From the IMG/VR virus record IMGVR_UViG_3300020191_000002: a DNA stretch of 35,895 nt; one strand, 5' to 3'. Below, in pieces: positions 26,020-33,996 of this stretch. Numbering within the stretch: the first letter of the stretch is position 1; every line of letters starts with the position of its first letter. The position numbers and the translations under genes were made by a program. The notes beneath the pieces were generated by a model. That model saw nothing but the letters and a program-made list of their open reading frames with translations. It was not told the origin of the DNA and ran no database searches. Source of the stretch: a virus.

Positions 26020-26664
26020 TTAATTCTCCTCTTTCATCAGTGCATCCCAACTTATATTATAAAACATTTTAGCACGACTGTCAATCTCTTTTGCAATGAA
26101 GCTTGTCTCTGCCTGTGCATCCTCAGCCAACCTCAGTTTACATACACGGCTGAAGGCGTACAATGATCCGGTCCAGTACCACTCAGTATACGCACTCTGA
26201 GGCAGCACCATACGTGCCTGTTCAGGAGATACCCCCAGTTCTAATAGATGTTTGTATGTCCACAGGGCTTTGTTCAAGGACATATGATAAGGATCAACCA
26301 TTTGATCATGTTGATTGATGTCTATAATCTCATCAGAAGAACCCTGCTTTTTATTCTCCGCAGCCCCTCTCCAATGTTCAGGTTCATAGAACTCTGGATC
26401 ATCAGACACGTACCGCCTACTTACCTCGTTCCAGACCAGACCTACTTGGTGCTTGGCAAGCTGCCGAGCTACAAAGATAGGTGCTTTGATACGAAACTGT
26501 AGGCTAGTATGTGCAAAAGGGGACCAATGTTTATGAGAGGCAAGGTAGTTGATAAGTTTTTCATCACCGTCTTGTAAGTCTGAATGTTGTTTACTGAAGC
26601 TAACCCTTGCTGCGTTTACGATAGTCAGGTCAGACCCCATGTAATCTATAAGTTGAACCTTCAT
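26020..26664 (-). CDS. thyX: ThyX-family (flavin-dependent thymidylate synthase-like) protein with an altered signature
   Basis: GSDL..VNAARVSF, HWSPFAH, KAPIFVARQ, NEVSRRY and a C-terminal LRL..DAQAE fit ThyX. RHR..S is replaced by KHQ..L. Confidence 0.7.
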   Translation of the reverse strand: MKVQLIDYMGSDLTIVNAARVSFSKQHSDLQDGDEKLINYLASHKHWSPFAHTSLQFRIKAPIFVARQLAKHQVGLVWNEVSRRYVSDDPEFYEPEHWRGAAENKKQGSSDEIIDINQHDQMVDPYHMSLNKALWTYKHLLELGVSPEQARMVLPQSAYTEWYWTGSLYAFSRVCKLRLAEDAQAETSFIAKEIDSRAKMFYNISWDALMKEEN

Positions 26665-26864
26665 TCTCCGTACTCCTCTTCAAACCCCAGTACTTCTTCA
26701 ACATCAATGTCGAAAACTTCTCTGAGATAATACATCCTTTCTTCCAGCAAATCATCAAACCTTTCTAGGATATCTTCGCTGGTGATGTTCAGCAACTCAC
26801 AAAGTAGAGTAGGGTCTGCTACTTCGGAAAGCCTCTGAACAAACTGGTCAGTTGATAAAGGCAT
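26661..26864 (-). CDS. Hypothetical acidic protein (67 aa)
   Basis: ATGA coupling to the ThyX-like gene. No motif. Confidence 0.55.
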   Translation of the reverse strand: MPLSTDQFVQRLSEVADPTLLCELLNITSEDILERFDDLLEERMYYLREVFDIDVEEVLGFEEEYGE

Positions 26865-27213
26865 CTTTTATGTCCTCCAAAGTATACCACTTAAGCTTCT
26901 CCTTCTCACACCACCCAGCCATTGTCATCTTGCTTCCTTTCCTTAGCTTCTTGTTTGGATTGTACAAGAGGAACACTAGCTGTTTCTTTTTGGGGAGACT
27001 GTCCCTAATGGCTTTATACTTCTGAGTATCCCCTACCCTAAAGAAACCTTTAGCTTCCACTAGAATATCAATCCTGTTCTTGTCATTACGACCTACAAAA
27101 TCAGGTATATAATTCCGGTGAACTACGTAGGGGATTTTCTCAGGTTCATACTTACAGTAATCTTTCAGAAGAAGTCCCGCAGTCTCTTCAAACTTATTAC
27201 GATACGGTGTCAT
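26848..27213 (-). CDS. Endonuclease I (T7 gp3-like Holliday junction resolvase)
   Basis: YIPDF...(x)...ILVEAKG matches the PDF...E.K catalytic pattern of phage endonuclease I. Confidence 0.7.
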   Translation of the reverse strand: MTPYRNKFEETAGLLLKDYCKYEPEKIPYVVHRNYIPDFVGRNDKNRIDILVEAKGFFRVGDTQKYKAIRDSLPKKKQLVFLLYNPNKKLRKGSKMTMAGWCEKEKLKWYTLEDIKDAFIN

Positions 27214-27385
27214 TAGACTTTTTTACGCGAGAGGTCTTTACTTCTTTGACCAAGGCCTGTGTCATCCCGCCTGTCTGGGACACGAAGGGTGTTCCATGAA
27301 GCTCCCATCCGTCATTCAATAGTGCTGAGACTGTCGTTTCAAAACGATCATGTCGCGGTGTGTTGACTACTTTAAATTCAATCAT
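27197..27385 (-). CDS. DUF1737-like small protein
   Basis: Start at MIEFKVV (27385), 7 nt after GAGGAG. LLNDGWELHG...TQALVK pattern. Confidence 0.5.
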   Translation of the reverse strand: MIEFKVVNTPRHDRFETTVSALLNDGWELHGTPFVSQTGGMTQALVKEVKTSRVKKSNDTVS

Positions 27386-28289
27386 AGTTGTTCTCCTCAT
27401 TGTCTAGGTTTATTTCGGGATAGGGATATCCCTTACGATTCTTAGGAACTTTTACGGTAGTTGTTAAGAACTTTGGTCCAGAGCCTGTAGCAAAAGCCCG
27501 CACTTCTGGATAGCAATGTCTCTTGAACTGGCAGTATGAGCAGGTAGTAGAGAGTTTTAAATTTCCTGACTTCCCATCCTCCACTGGAGAGTAACATCTT
27601 GATGGTCGGTCTTCCTGCTTGACGGACTTTTTTACATGCTCAATCCTTTCTTCAATGTCACCTGAGAAGAACTCATGCATTGGATCGTCAGTGTTATCAA
27701 GGTCGTACTGTAGGACTGCAAGCTTACCGCTGTCTCTGTCCATTGCAAGCCATGCCCACTTACGATCTCCCTCTGCATGTGCGTAGGCTTTGATCTGATC
27801 CACGTATCCAAAGTCATCGTGCTTTGCAAGTGACCTGTCTTTGAATTTCATCAGGCCAAACTTGGTGGTAGACTTAACGTCCGTTACAAGACCATCGATC
27901 TTACAGTCCATGTGTCCGGTAACACCTGCCACCTTAACCTGCTTCTGTTCATCAGTAACCTCATGGCCTGAGAGCCTTACGAAAAGCAGGAGCATCTCCT
28001 CTACCATGTGTCCGTACATAAACTTGATAAGGGTATATGGTTTGATCTTCTCGCCACGATATCCGTTGTATGAATACCACTGAACTAGATCGTTCTTACC
28101 TACCGCAGAGAGACGAAGCTTACTGCTCTGTCTTGCGCCTGTGCTAGGCAGGAACTCCTTACGCATGATGTCTTTCATAGCTTCACCGAACTTATCAATC
28201 TCGGTTTCGACATCGACACTCTTATCAGAGTTGCGATCCTTCATTAGTTTGTAGACATCTTCTACTAAGGTGTCGATTGTCTTATCCAT
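27378..28289 (-). CDS. PD-(D/E)XK exonuclease with a C-terminal Cys cluster (Cas4/RecB-like)
   Basis: GHMDCKIDGLVTDVKS (D...D-x-K) and C-x17-C-x2-C-x5-C at the C-terminus. Confidence 0.65.
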   Translation of the reverse strand: MDKTIDTLVEDVYKLMKDRNSDKSVDVETEIDKFGEAMKDIMRKEFLPSTGARQSSKLRLSAVGKNDLVQWYSYNGYRGEKIKPYTLIKFMYGHMVEEMLLLFVRLSGHEVTDEQKQVKVAGVTGHMDCKIDGLVTDVKSTTKFGLMKFKDRSLAKHDDFGYVDQIKAYAHAEGDRKWAWLAMDRDSGKLAVLQYDLDNTDDPMHEFFSGDIEERIEHVKKSVKQEDRPSRCYSPVEDGKSGNLKLSTTCSYCQFKRHCYPEVRAFATGSGPKFLTTTVKVPKNRKGYPYPEINLDNEENNYD

Positions 28290-28301
28290 TTTAATCTCCT
28301 G

Positions 28302-28324
28302 TTTTATGGGACGGTCCCAGATTA
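28302..28324 (-). promoter_or_regulatory. Palindromic intergenic element, copy 1 (subtype TGGGAC-N-GTCCCA)
   Basis: TTTTATGGGACGGTCCCAGATTA. Overlaps the polymerase stop codon and lies 1 nt from the exonuclease SD. Confidence 0.6.
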
Positions 28325-30052
28325 ATGAGTTGATGCCCAGTTGTCTCCGACTTTGTACTCACCGTCCAAAGGACACTTGAGTTCCATCCGAGTACCAGCC
28401 GCTTTGATACACTCTACTGCCAACCATCCAAACTTTTCTGCATGAGCTTCCTTAACTTCTACCTGAAACTCATCATGTATATTTCCTACAAATCTGTAGT
28501 CCATGCTATGTATGATAGCATACTCATCTAAGATTGTCAATGCTTTCTTCATAATAACTGCACCGGCTGACTGTAAAAGTGTATTCAAAGCAGCGTGTTC
28601 GCTTCGTACTATCAGGCGTCTGCCGTCGAGTCCTCTGAGGTGGCCCCGCTTGGCCGCCCGTAGGACTCGTTCCCGTAGAGTTCGAAGAGATGGTGTGTTA
28701 GTGAGAAACTTTTCTTTAAGTTTTGCTCCGTCTCGTTTAGAACCGCCGACAACGCTTCCGATCTTGGCATCTCCTGCGCCGTAGAGGAAAGCATAGATAA
28801 AAGTTTTAGCGTTGTCTCTTGTTGAAAGGCCAGCAGCTTTCTGGTTTGCTGTATGTACGTCTCCGTGCGTGACTTCATGTGTGTACTCCTCATCGTTCAT
28901 GTAATGGGCTAACATTCTAAGCTCCAGACCTGCCGCGTCTATGCCTACAAGCTTGTAACCTTTTGGTACTGTCCAGCACTGACGACATTCAGTGCCATAC
29001 GGGGAGTAAGAGGCAGGGACTTGTGCCATATTAGGGCTGCTATGGGTCATGCGTCCCGTTACTGCACCGATAGGATTGACCCTACCGTGTACCCTGCCGT
29101 CTTCCTCCACCGCTTCTATCCAAGACTGAACTTGCGCTGATCTCTTCTGCAACATAAGATACTCAGCTATTAGTTTGGCTTCGGGTATATCAACCTTGGA
29201 TAAAATTCCTTCGTCTACTATCGGCTGACCCTTCTCAGTAAAGTTCTCTGGCTTCCATCCGTAGAACTTAAGATGTCTTCCGATCTGTTGTCTCGAACCT
29301 AGATTAAACTCAGGCCAGTCTACCCTAGAAAACGGACCAGCGATGCTACTGTAATCATCACCAAGAAACCTAAGACCAACACTGCTAAGGGTGTTATCTT
29401 TTTTAATTTTAGGAGTGACCTCCCTGACAAATACAGGTAGCGGCGTAAACCTTTTATGCACTTCTTTTTCAACTTCAATACTCCTTTGTTTTAGTTGCGC
29501 TTGTATGTCAAAAGCTTTCTTCATATCAAGCAACCAACCAGTTCGTTCTTGTTTAGAGATAATCTGCTGAACTTTATGCTCCAGTTCTACAGACTCTCCG
29601 GGAAACTTACTGAGCAATTCAGCAAGCTTGGTGTATAACTTAGCAGTAACTTCAACGTCTATCGTGCAGTACTTAATCATCTCTTCTGAGAGCTTAGTCC
29701 AATCATCATGCTCAGACTTTGGAAACTTCAGCCTCTCTCCCCATGCACGTAGCGAGTGACCCCCGTCTAATTGTGGATCGTACAGCCTCGACATGACAAG
29801 AGTATCCTCAATCTCCACGCTATCAAAAGAAATACCAAGGTGTTTTTCTAAAACTGGTTGATCAAAATTTGTAATATTGTGACCAATAATAATGTCAAAC
29901 CCATTGATATACTCCTGTATTTCTTCTCTCTCAACCGCTGGATTTAAAAAGTTCTTCTTGTATCCAGAATCCAAACTCATTGTCCCAATCATCCAGATGT
30001 TCTTGACGGGGAAAGCGGTGGTTTCGATATCTAGTATAAGCTTCTGTGTCAT
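28322..30052 (-). CDS. Family A DNA polymerase with 3'-5' exonuclease domain
   Basis: Exo motifs LDIETT, HNITNFD, YCTIDV. Pol motifs A (IDAAGLELR), B (RDNAKTFIYAFLYGAG) and C (NIHDEF). Confidence 0.9.
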   Translation of the reverse strand: MTQKLILDIETTAFPVKNIWMIGTMSLDSGYKKNFLNPAVEREEIQEYINGFDIIIGHNITNFDQPVLEKHLGISFDSVEIEDTLVMSRLYDPQLDGGHSLRAWGERLKFPKSEHDDWTKLSEEMIKYCTIDVEVTAKLYTKLAELLSKFPGESVELEHKVQQIISKQERTGWLLDMKKAFDIQAQLKQRSIEVEKEVHKRFTPLPVFVREVTPKIKKDNTLSSVGLRFLGDDYSSIAGPFSRVDWPEFNLGSRQQIGRHLKFYGWKPENFTEKGQPIVDEGILSKVDIPEAKLIAEYLMLQKRSAQVQSWIEAVEEDGRVHGRVNPIGAVTGRMTHSSPNMAQVPASYSPYGTECRQCWTVPKGYKLVGIDAAGLELRMLAHYMNDEEYTHEVTHGDVHTANQKAAGLSTRDNAKTFIYAFLYGAGDAKIGSVVGGSKRDGAKLKEKFLTNTPSLRTLRERVLRAAKRGHLRGLDGRRLIVRSEHAALNTLLQSAGAVIMKKALTILDEYAIIHSMDYRFVGNIHDEFQVEVKEAHAEKFGWLAVECIKAAGTRMELKCPLDGEYKVGDNWASTH

Positions 30053-30329
30053 CTATCAATGTCTCACCGTTTTTTAAAGCAACGTGTTCAAGTCTATGGC
30101 AGTTACTACATAGTATAGCACACTTGGCAGCTTCGTCAAGAACTTCTTGGTTCAACCTGTTCGACCTCCACTTGGATGCCTTGAGTCCGAACTGTTTTGT
30201 CTTGGGATTTCGATGGTGAAACTCCAGCACCTCTTCAGGATAGTGTTGATTGCATACCTCGCATGAATAGTTTGTCCTGCTCTTGACATACAATGATCGA
30301 TTCAATCTTCCGACATCAGAATTCTTCAT
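29931..30329 (-). CDS. HNH endonuclease (free-standing, homing-type)
   Basis: CEVCNQ...LEFHHRNP...N...LCSNCHRLEH. Overlaps the helicase 3' end (14 nt) and the polymerase 5' end (122 nt). Confidence 0.75.
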   Translation of the reverse strand: MKNSDVGRLNRSLYVKSRTNYSCEVCNQHYPEEVLEFHHRNPKTKQFGLKASKWRSNRLNQEVLDEAAKCAILCSNCHRLEHVALKNGETLIDDTEAYTRYRNHRFPRQEHLDDWDNEFGFWIQEELFKSSG

Positions 30330-31965
30330 CAGCTACTCCCTGAATCTCAGGCGCAGCACCGGCAACCATACGCCCTGTGTCTGTGTCGAAGTACAGCCAG
30401 CCAGCGTGTCCTGTGCGTCCTGTGCGACGACACTTAACAAGCTGAACCTTAGTGCAGTTGCGTTCATAGTCATCCTCAGACAGCTTGTCGCGGCTCAGGA
30501 GGATGGTATTAAATGCAATCTGATTGATAGACCCTGATCCTTTCATGTCGTACTCACTGACATCGTGAGGGTCTTTGACTGCAGGTTTCCTGAGATGGGA
30601 TACGATGATGATAGCTGCATTGGTTTCCTTGGCAAGCTTCAAGCAGCCATCCATGAACGAGTCTATCATCCCGTTCTCATTCGACTGTACTGCTGCCTGT
30701 AGAGGATCAAGGATGATAACCTCACAGTCCAGACCTTTGATCAGGTAACGCATACGAGCGAACAGGTCTTCGATGTCAGACGATCCGGCATGGTCATCGA
30801 TGTGTATACGGTCAGACTCTTTGACCTCATCATAGAAGCCACGGTACTTGGTGTAGTCCCTGTCTTCCTCCTGTATCATCTTGATGTTCACACCGCCGAC
30901 GACACTGACGACGTTCTCGGTCGTCTCTCCAATGGAGGACTCAAGGAAGACAGCCCCTATCCTGCGGGTGGTTTCATTGTACAAACCGTACAACAAGTTG
31001 GTTACGAATGTGGTCTTACCTACAGATGTTAAGGCTCCTATGACAGTCACCTCCCCTGCCCCCATGCCACCGTTCATCATGCGATTGAGTGTACCAAACG
31101 AGGAAGGGAAGGGGATAATCTCCGCCTTGCCTCTGTTCACAAACGCATCCCAGCAAGCTTCGTCAGATAGAGATACAACCCCGGCAGGTTTATATGCCTT
31201 CGCATCCCACCATGCCTTGACGAACTGCTGTACCTTACCCGCAGCCAACATATCACCGGCATCTTTCATAGGCAGTGTAACTACCTTTGCCTTACCCGGA
31301 GAGAATAAAGTCATGGCTTCTTCGGATGCCTTCTGACCTGCAGGATCGTTATCAAAACAGATAACAACTTTATCGAAAGTCTCCAGCCACGGGAGAGATT
31401 CCTTGATGTCCTTAGCTGCTGCTGCTGCTCCTCGCTTGATGCTGACGACGGGGTACTTCCCATCGAACATCTCAGCAACAGCCATAGCATCGATCTCTCC
31501 CTCGGTGATAGTGACAAACCTACCACCTTCAGCCCAGATGCTTTGTCCGAATAGTCCTGTGGCTTCCAAGGTGCCTGTGGAATAGAAGTCTTTTGTCTCG
31601 CACCGACGAACCTTGGTTCCAACTACATCGCCCGACGACTGCAAACGATAGGGGTAATGATGACGGGTTACACGCCCGTCCTTGTCATGCTCAAGAGTAA
31701 CTCCAAACTTTTCTACAATCTTCTGAGAAATACCACGGTCCTTAAGTGGGCCTGAGAGTCCGGTCATTTCTACTTTCCTTTTCGATTTGTATTGAGAGAG
31801 GGGAGCGGGGGGAGCCGAAGCCCCTCCCGCCCGTGTATATCCACACTTGAAGCAATACCCGTGGCCGTCGCTGTAGACCGCTAGGTTGTCTCCCTTCTTG
31901 TCACCACCGGCTGCTCTGCAAGCGGGACAAGATGCCTTGGATACAAACACTGACTGCTCAAGCAT
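30316..31965 (-). CDS. Bifunctional primase-helicase (T7 gp4-like)
   Basis: Zn finger CPAC...(x)...CFKCGY, TOPRIM TEGEIDAMA, Walker A GALTSVGKTT, Walker B VIILDPLQ, and an acidic tail ending ADEEF. Confidence 0.9.
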   Translation of the reverse strand: MLEQSVFVSKASCPACRAAGGDKKGDNLAVYSDGHGYCFKCGYTRAGGASAPPAPLSQYKSKRKVEMTGLSGPLKDRGISQKIVEKFGVTLEHDKDGRVTRHHYPYRLQSSGDVVGTKVRRCETKDFYSTGTLEATGLFGQSIWAEGGRFVTITEGEIDAMAVAEMFDGKYPVVSIKRGAAAAAKDIKESLPWLETFDKVVICFDNDPAGQKASEEAMTLFSPGKAKVVTLPMKDAGDMLAAGKVQQFVKAWWDAKAYKPAGVVSLSDEACWDAFVNRGKAEIIPFPSSFGTLNRMMNGGMGAGEVTVIGALTSVGKTTFVTNLLYGLYNETTRRIGAVFLESSIGETTENVVSVVGGVNIKMIQEEDRDYTKYRGFYDEVKESDRIHIDDHAGSSDIEDLFARMRYLIKGLDCEVIILDPLQAAVQSNENGMIDSFMDGCLKLAKETNAAIIIVSHLRKPAVKDPHDVSEYDMKGSGSINQIAFNTILLSRDKLSEDDYERNCTKVQLVKCRRTGRTGHAGWLYFDTDTGRMVAGAAPEIQGVADEEF

Positions 31966-32339
31966 TAGAAATCCTCTTCGTCTACTCCACCATCCATCTG
32001 TGCCATCTCAAGAACCTTGATCTTCTTGAAGTATGGCGCGACACCATGCTGAGGGTGAGGCTTGCCGGGGTCCCACATAACCTTGACCTTGGAACCGTAG
32101 GGAATGTACTTCGCAGTAGCCTCTCCGTCCGCATCAAGGACAGGGAATCCTGAGAACTTGGTGACAAACTTACGCTGCGGCTGGTTCTTGTACTCCTTCA
32201 GCTTGATACCTTCGCTTGCCAGCTTGGCTGCTTCGTCAGGGTCCAGCGTCAGGGTGATAGAATACTTACCAGTATCCTGTCCGTTGTAAAGTTCAGTCTC
32301 TTCGAGATTTGAAAACGCAACAATGCCTTCGGTAATCAT
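31965..32339 (-). CDS. ssDNA-binding protein (T7 gp2.5-like)
   Basis: SD AGGAG. OB-fold-like pattern, acidic C-terminus ending DEEDF, and position just upstream of the primase-helicase. Confidence 0.6.
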   Translation of the reverse strand: MITEGIVAFSNLEETELYNGQDTGKYSITLTLDPDEAAKLASEGIKLKEYKNQPQRKFVTKFSGFPVLDADGEATAKYIPYGSKVKVMWDPGKPHPQHGVAPYFKKIKVLEMAQMDGGVDEEDF

Positions 32340-32351
32340 AGCTTATGCTCC

Positions 32352-32549
32352 TTATTTAGAGAGAGAATAGCGAACGTAACGGCGACCAGTAGGGTCAGTA
32401 CGTCTTGAACGTTCGATCTTAAAACCTTGTTCTTCAAGGTCGTTGATCCGGCGTGGGAGACTAGCAATCCGGTAAAGGTCGCGAGCTTCGTATCCACTGA
32501 TGGACTTGCCTGTTTCAAGGTGGCGGTAGATTTGTTGAACCTGATTCAT
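32352..32549 (-). CDS. Winged-helix/HTH DNA-binding protein (HTH_39-like)
   Basis: SISGYEARDLYRIASLPRRINDLEEQGFKI....GRRYVRYSL matches the HTH_39 pattern. SD AGGAG. Confidence 0.65.
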   Translation of the reverse strand: MNQVQQIYRHLETGKSISGYEARDLYRIASLPRRINDLEEQGFKIERSRRTDPTGRRYVRYSLSK

Positions 32550-32576
32550 GTTGATCTCCTATCTGTTTACCTAAAT

Positions 32577-32605
32577 ATAATACAAAAGATTCTCTCGTTT
32601 GTCAA
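32577..32605 (-). promoter_or_regulatory. Sigma70-type promoter for the HTH/replication genes
   Basis: On the minus strand: TTGACA (32605-32600), 17 nt, TATTAT (32582-32577). About 28 nt upstream of the HTH ATG. Confidence 0.7.
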
Positions 32606-32608
32606 CTG

Positions 32609-32773
32609 TTATTCTACATCGAACTCCTTCATGTACCATCCATTCCATCTGTCATCCCCTAACTTAGTGGCAAAGTCCCTCCAGATAACAGCATCTTCCT
32701 CGTTTGAAAAAACTTTAGATACCTTGGAGACATCGTACCCGTCATGGCAGAAGACAATCCATACTTTATCCAT
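32609..32773 (-). CDS. Hypothetical protein (54 aa)
   Basis: Hand-translated: MDKVWIVFCHDGYDVSKVSKVFSNEEDAVIWRDF... ATGGATAA overlap with the upstream ORF. Confidence 0.5.
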   Translation of the reverse strand: MDKVWIVFCHDGYDVSKVSKVFSNEEDAVIWRDFATKLGDDRWNGWYMKEFDVE

Positions 32774-32936
32774 CGTGTTCTCCATTCAGATATTCATTAA
32801 GTTCTTGTTCTATTGCTTCGACCGAAAGATCACGCTTAAGACTGCGAAATGTTTTATGACTGTGCATCTTATCCATGTCACGTTTCACAGGGTTTCTTTT
32901 CTTAGGTTCCTTCCGTCGAAAGTTCTTGGAAGACAT
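32766..32936 (-). CDS. Hypothetical basic protein (56 aa)
   Basis: Hand-translated: MSSKNFRRKEPKKRNPVKRDMDKMHSHKTF... SD AAGGAG. Preceded by palindromic element copy 2. Confidence 0.5.
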   Translation of the reverse strand: MSSKNFRRKEPKKRNPVKRDMDKMHSHKTFRSLKRDLSVEAIEQELNEYLNGEHDG

Positions 32937-32957
32937 AACAACTCCTTTCTTGTTTGA

Positions 32958-32980
32958 TTTTATGGGACCGTCCCAGATTT
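32958..32980 (-). promoter_or_regulatory. Palindromic intergenic element, copy 2
   Basis: TTTTATGGGACCGTCCCAGATTT, 11 nt from the SD of gene 32766..32936. Confidence 0.6.
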
Positions 32981-33046
32981 CTTAGGAAGTCTTAAGAATA
33001 TAATCATTAAGAATAATTAATCATATCCCTAAGCCTTCCTAAGTAT
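32980..33046. promoter_or_regulatory. Two further 10-bp-phased TCYTARGA-type pairs (32980-32999 and 33027-33046)
   Basis: TCTTAGGAAG/TCTTAAGAAT and CCCTAAGCCT/TCCTAAGTAT in the intergenic gap. Confidence 0.5.
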
Positions 33047-33047
33047 C

Positions 33048-33227
33048 TTACAGGGGTTCGTCCTCATTGTCAACAACTAAATTTACATCGTTGATAAAAT
33101 CATACTCCTCTGTCGTTTCGTATATGTTTCCGACACACCTATTGCAAATGTCAAGGTGGGTTCCGTCTACGTCCAGACGTTTTAACTCTGTCGAACTGAG
33201 GACCGCGTCACATATTTTACATCTCAT
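33048..33227 (-). CDS. Zinc-ribbon-like small protein (59 aa)
   Basis: Hand-translated: MRCKICDAVL...(x)...CNRCV. SD AGGATAAATAAAATG, identical to that of gene 33995..34675. Confidence 0.55.
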   Translation of the reverse strand: MRCKICDAVLSSTELKRLDVDGTHLDICNRCVGNIYETTEEYDFINDVNLVVDNEDEPL

Positions 33228-33232
33228 TTTAT

Positions 33233-33487
33233 TTATCCTGCGTTAAAAGATGCACAAATTATAGCACCGGGGTAGATGTCATCGTCAGGTTCACCCACGA
33301 CTTCACCCAGATATATATACTTCACTAAATCAGGGCGTGATACCCAATTATCGTATAGCAAAAAGTCATCTGATCCATCACAGGGGTGTATCTTCTGTGC
33401 TTCTTCTGCACTATTAGCAACCACTACAGCACTGTCGAAGGTGTCGTAGCCGTTGTTGATGATCTGGTATATTTTAAATAGTTTCAT
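33233..33487 (-). CDS. Hypothetical protein (84 aa)
   Basis: ORF track. SD GAGG. No function assigned. Confidence 0.6.
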   Translation of the reverse strand: MKLFKIYQIINNGYDTFDSAVVVANSAEEAQKIHPCDGSDDFLLYDNWVSRPDLVKYIYLGEVVGEPDDDIYPGAIICASFNAG

Positions 33488-33547
33488 TAGATCAACCTCA
33501 CAAAGAATATAAACATTAAAATCTGTATCAAGAGTAGTGACAAGTCG

Positions 33548-33706
33548 TCACTTAGTACTGCTTTTAAGATTCTTAGCACTGAACAATTCCTTCTGCATTT
33601 TTACTTCTGTTTCATAAGCATTTCGTCTGACTGTAGGTGACCAATACCATGTCGGCATTGTGTCATACCTACGTTCTAGTTCTTGGCACCAGTTATAATA
33701 ATCCAT
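33548..33706 (-). CDS. Hypothetical protein (52 aa)
   Basis: Hand-translated: MDYYNWCQELERRYDTMPTWYWSP... TAATG coupling to the upstream ORF. Confidence 0.45.
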   Translation of the reverse strand: MDYYNWCQELERRYDTMPTWYWSPTVRRNAYETEVKMQKELFSAKNLKSSTK

Positions 33707-33957
33707 TACTCTTTCTCCTCTTGAAATAATTTATCCCAATAACTGACAAGATACCCTCTTGTGAATACCATTGCAACAAAAACTTTTCTGCCCGGTTCAT
33801 ACTCCTCCTCTGTCTGATACATTCCAGTGTTACCCTTCGGCGGTATGGTATATCCAGCCTTTCTCAAAGCTTTCACAGTATCCTGTGTCTCTTTCTTCGT
33901 CCAAATTCTAGCTACCATCTGTCCTTGTTCCTCCATTATATCATGCCATGCGTTCAT
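33706..33957 (-). CDS. Hypothetical protein (83 aa)
   Basis: ORF track. SD AGAGGA, 2 nt after palindromic element copy 3. Confidence 0.6.
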   Translation of the reverse strand: MNAWHDIMEEQGQMVARIWTKKETQDTVKALRKAGYTIPPKGNTGMYQTEEEYEPGRKVFVAMVFTRGYLVSYWDKLFQEEKE

Positions 33958-33972
33958 AGTTCTATCCTCTAC

Positions 33973-33996
33973 TTTTCTGGGACCATCCCAGATTTT
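33973..33996 (-). promoter_or_regulatory. Palindromic intergenic element, copy 3 (subtype CTGGGA-CCA-TCCCAG)
   Basis: TTTTCTGGGACCATCCCAGATTTT. Overlaps the stop of 33995..34675 and lies 2 nt from the next SD. Confidence 0.6.

Noticed and set aside
30881-31336. 151-aa plus-strand ORF inside the primase-helicase gene
   Set aside because: It is the antisense frame of a gene with unambiguous motifs. The same reasoning applies to 33827..34186 (+), 22651..23022 (-), 10121..10471 (-), 804..1097 (-) and the other short antisense ORFs in the track.
32427-32957. 176-aa plus-strand ORF
   Set aside because: It is antisense to three SD-led leftward genes and spans the leftward promoter. It has no SD and a low-complexity hydrophobic translation.
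32996-33001. Plus-strand TATAAT hexamer in the early-arm intergenic gap
   Set aside because: There is no acceptable -35 at 16-18 nt and no plus-strand gene downstream. It is probably a by-product of AT-rich octamer repeats.
33537-33551. GTGAC-N5-GTCAC palindrome after the 52-aa ORF, with a possible TTGATA/TATTCT promoter
   Set aside because: The arms are only 5 bp and the hexamers are weak with uncertain spacing. That is not enough to call a feature.
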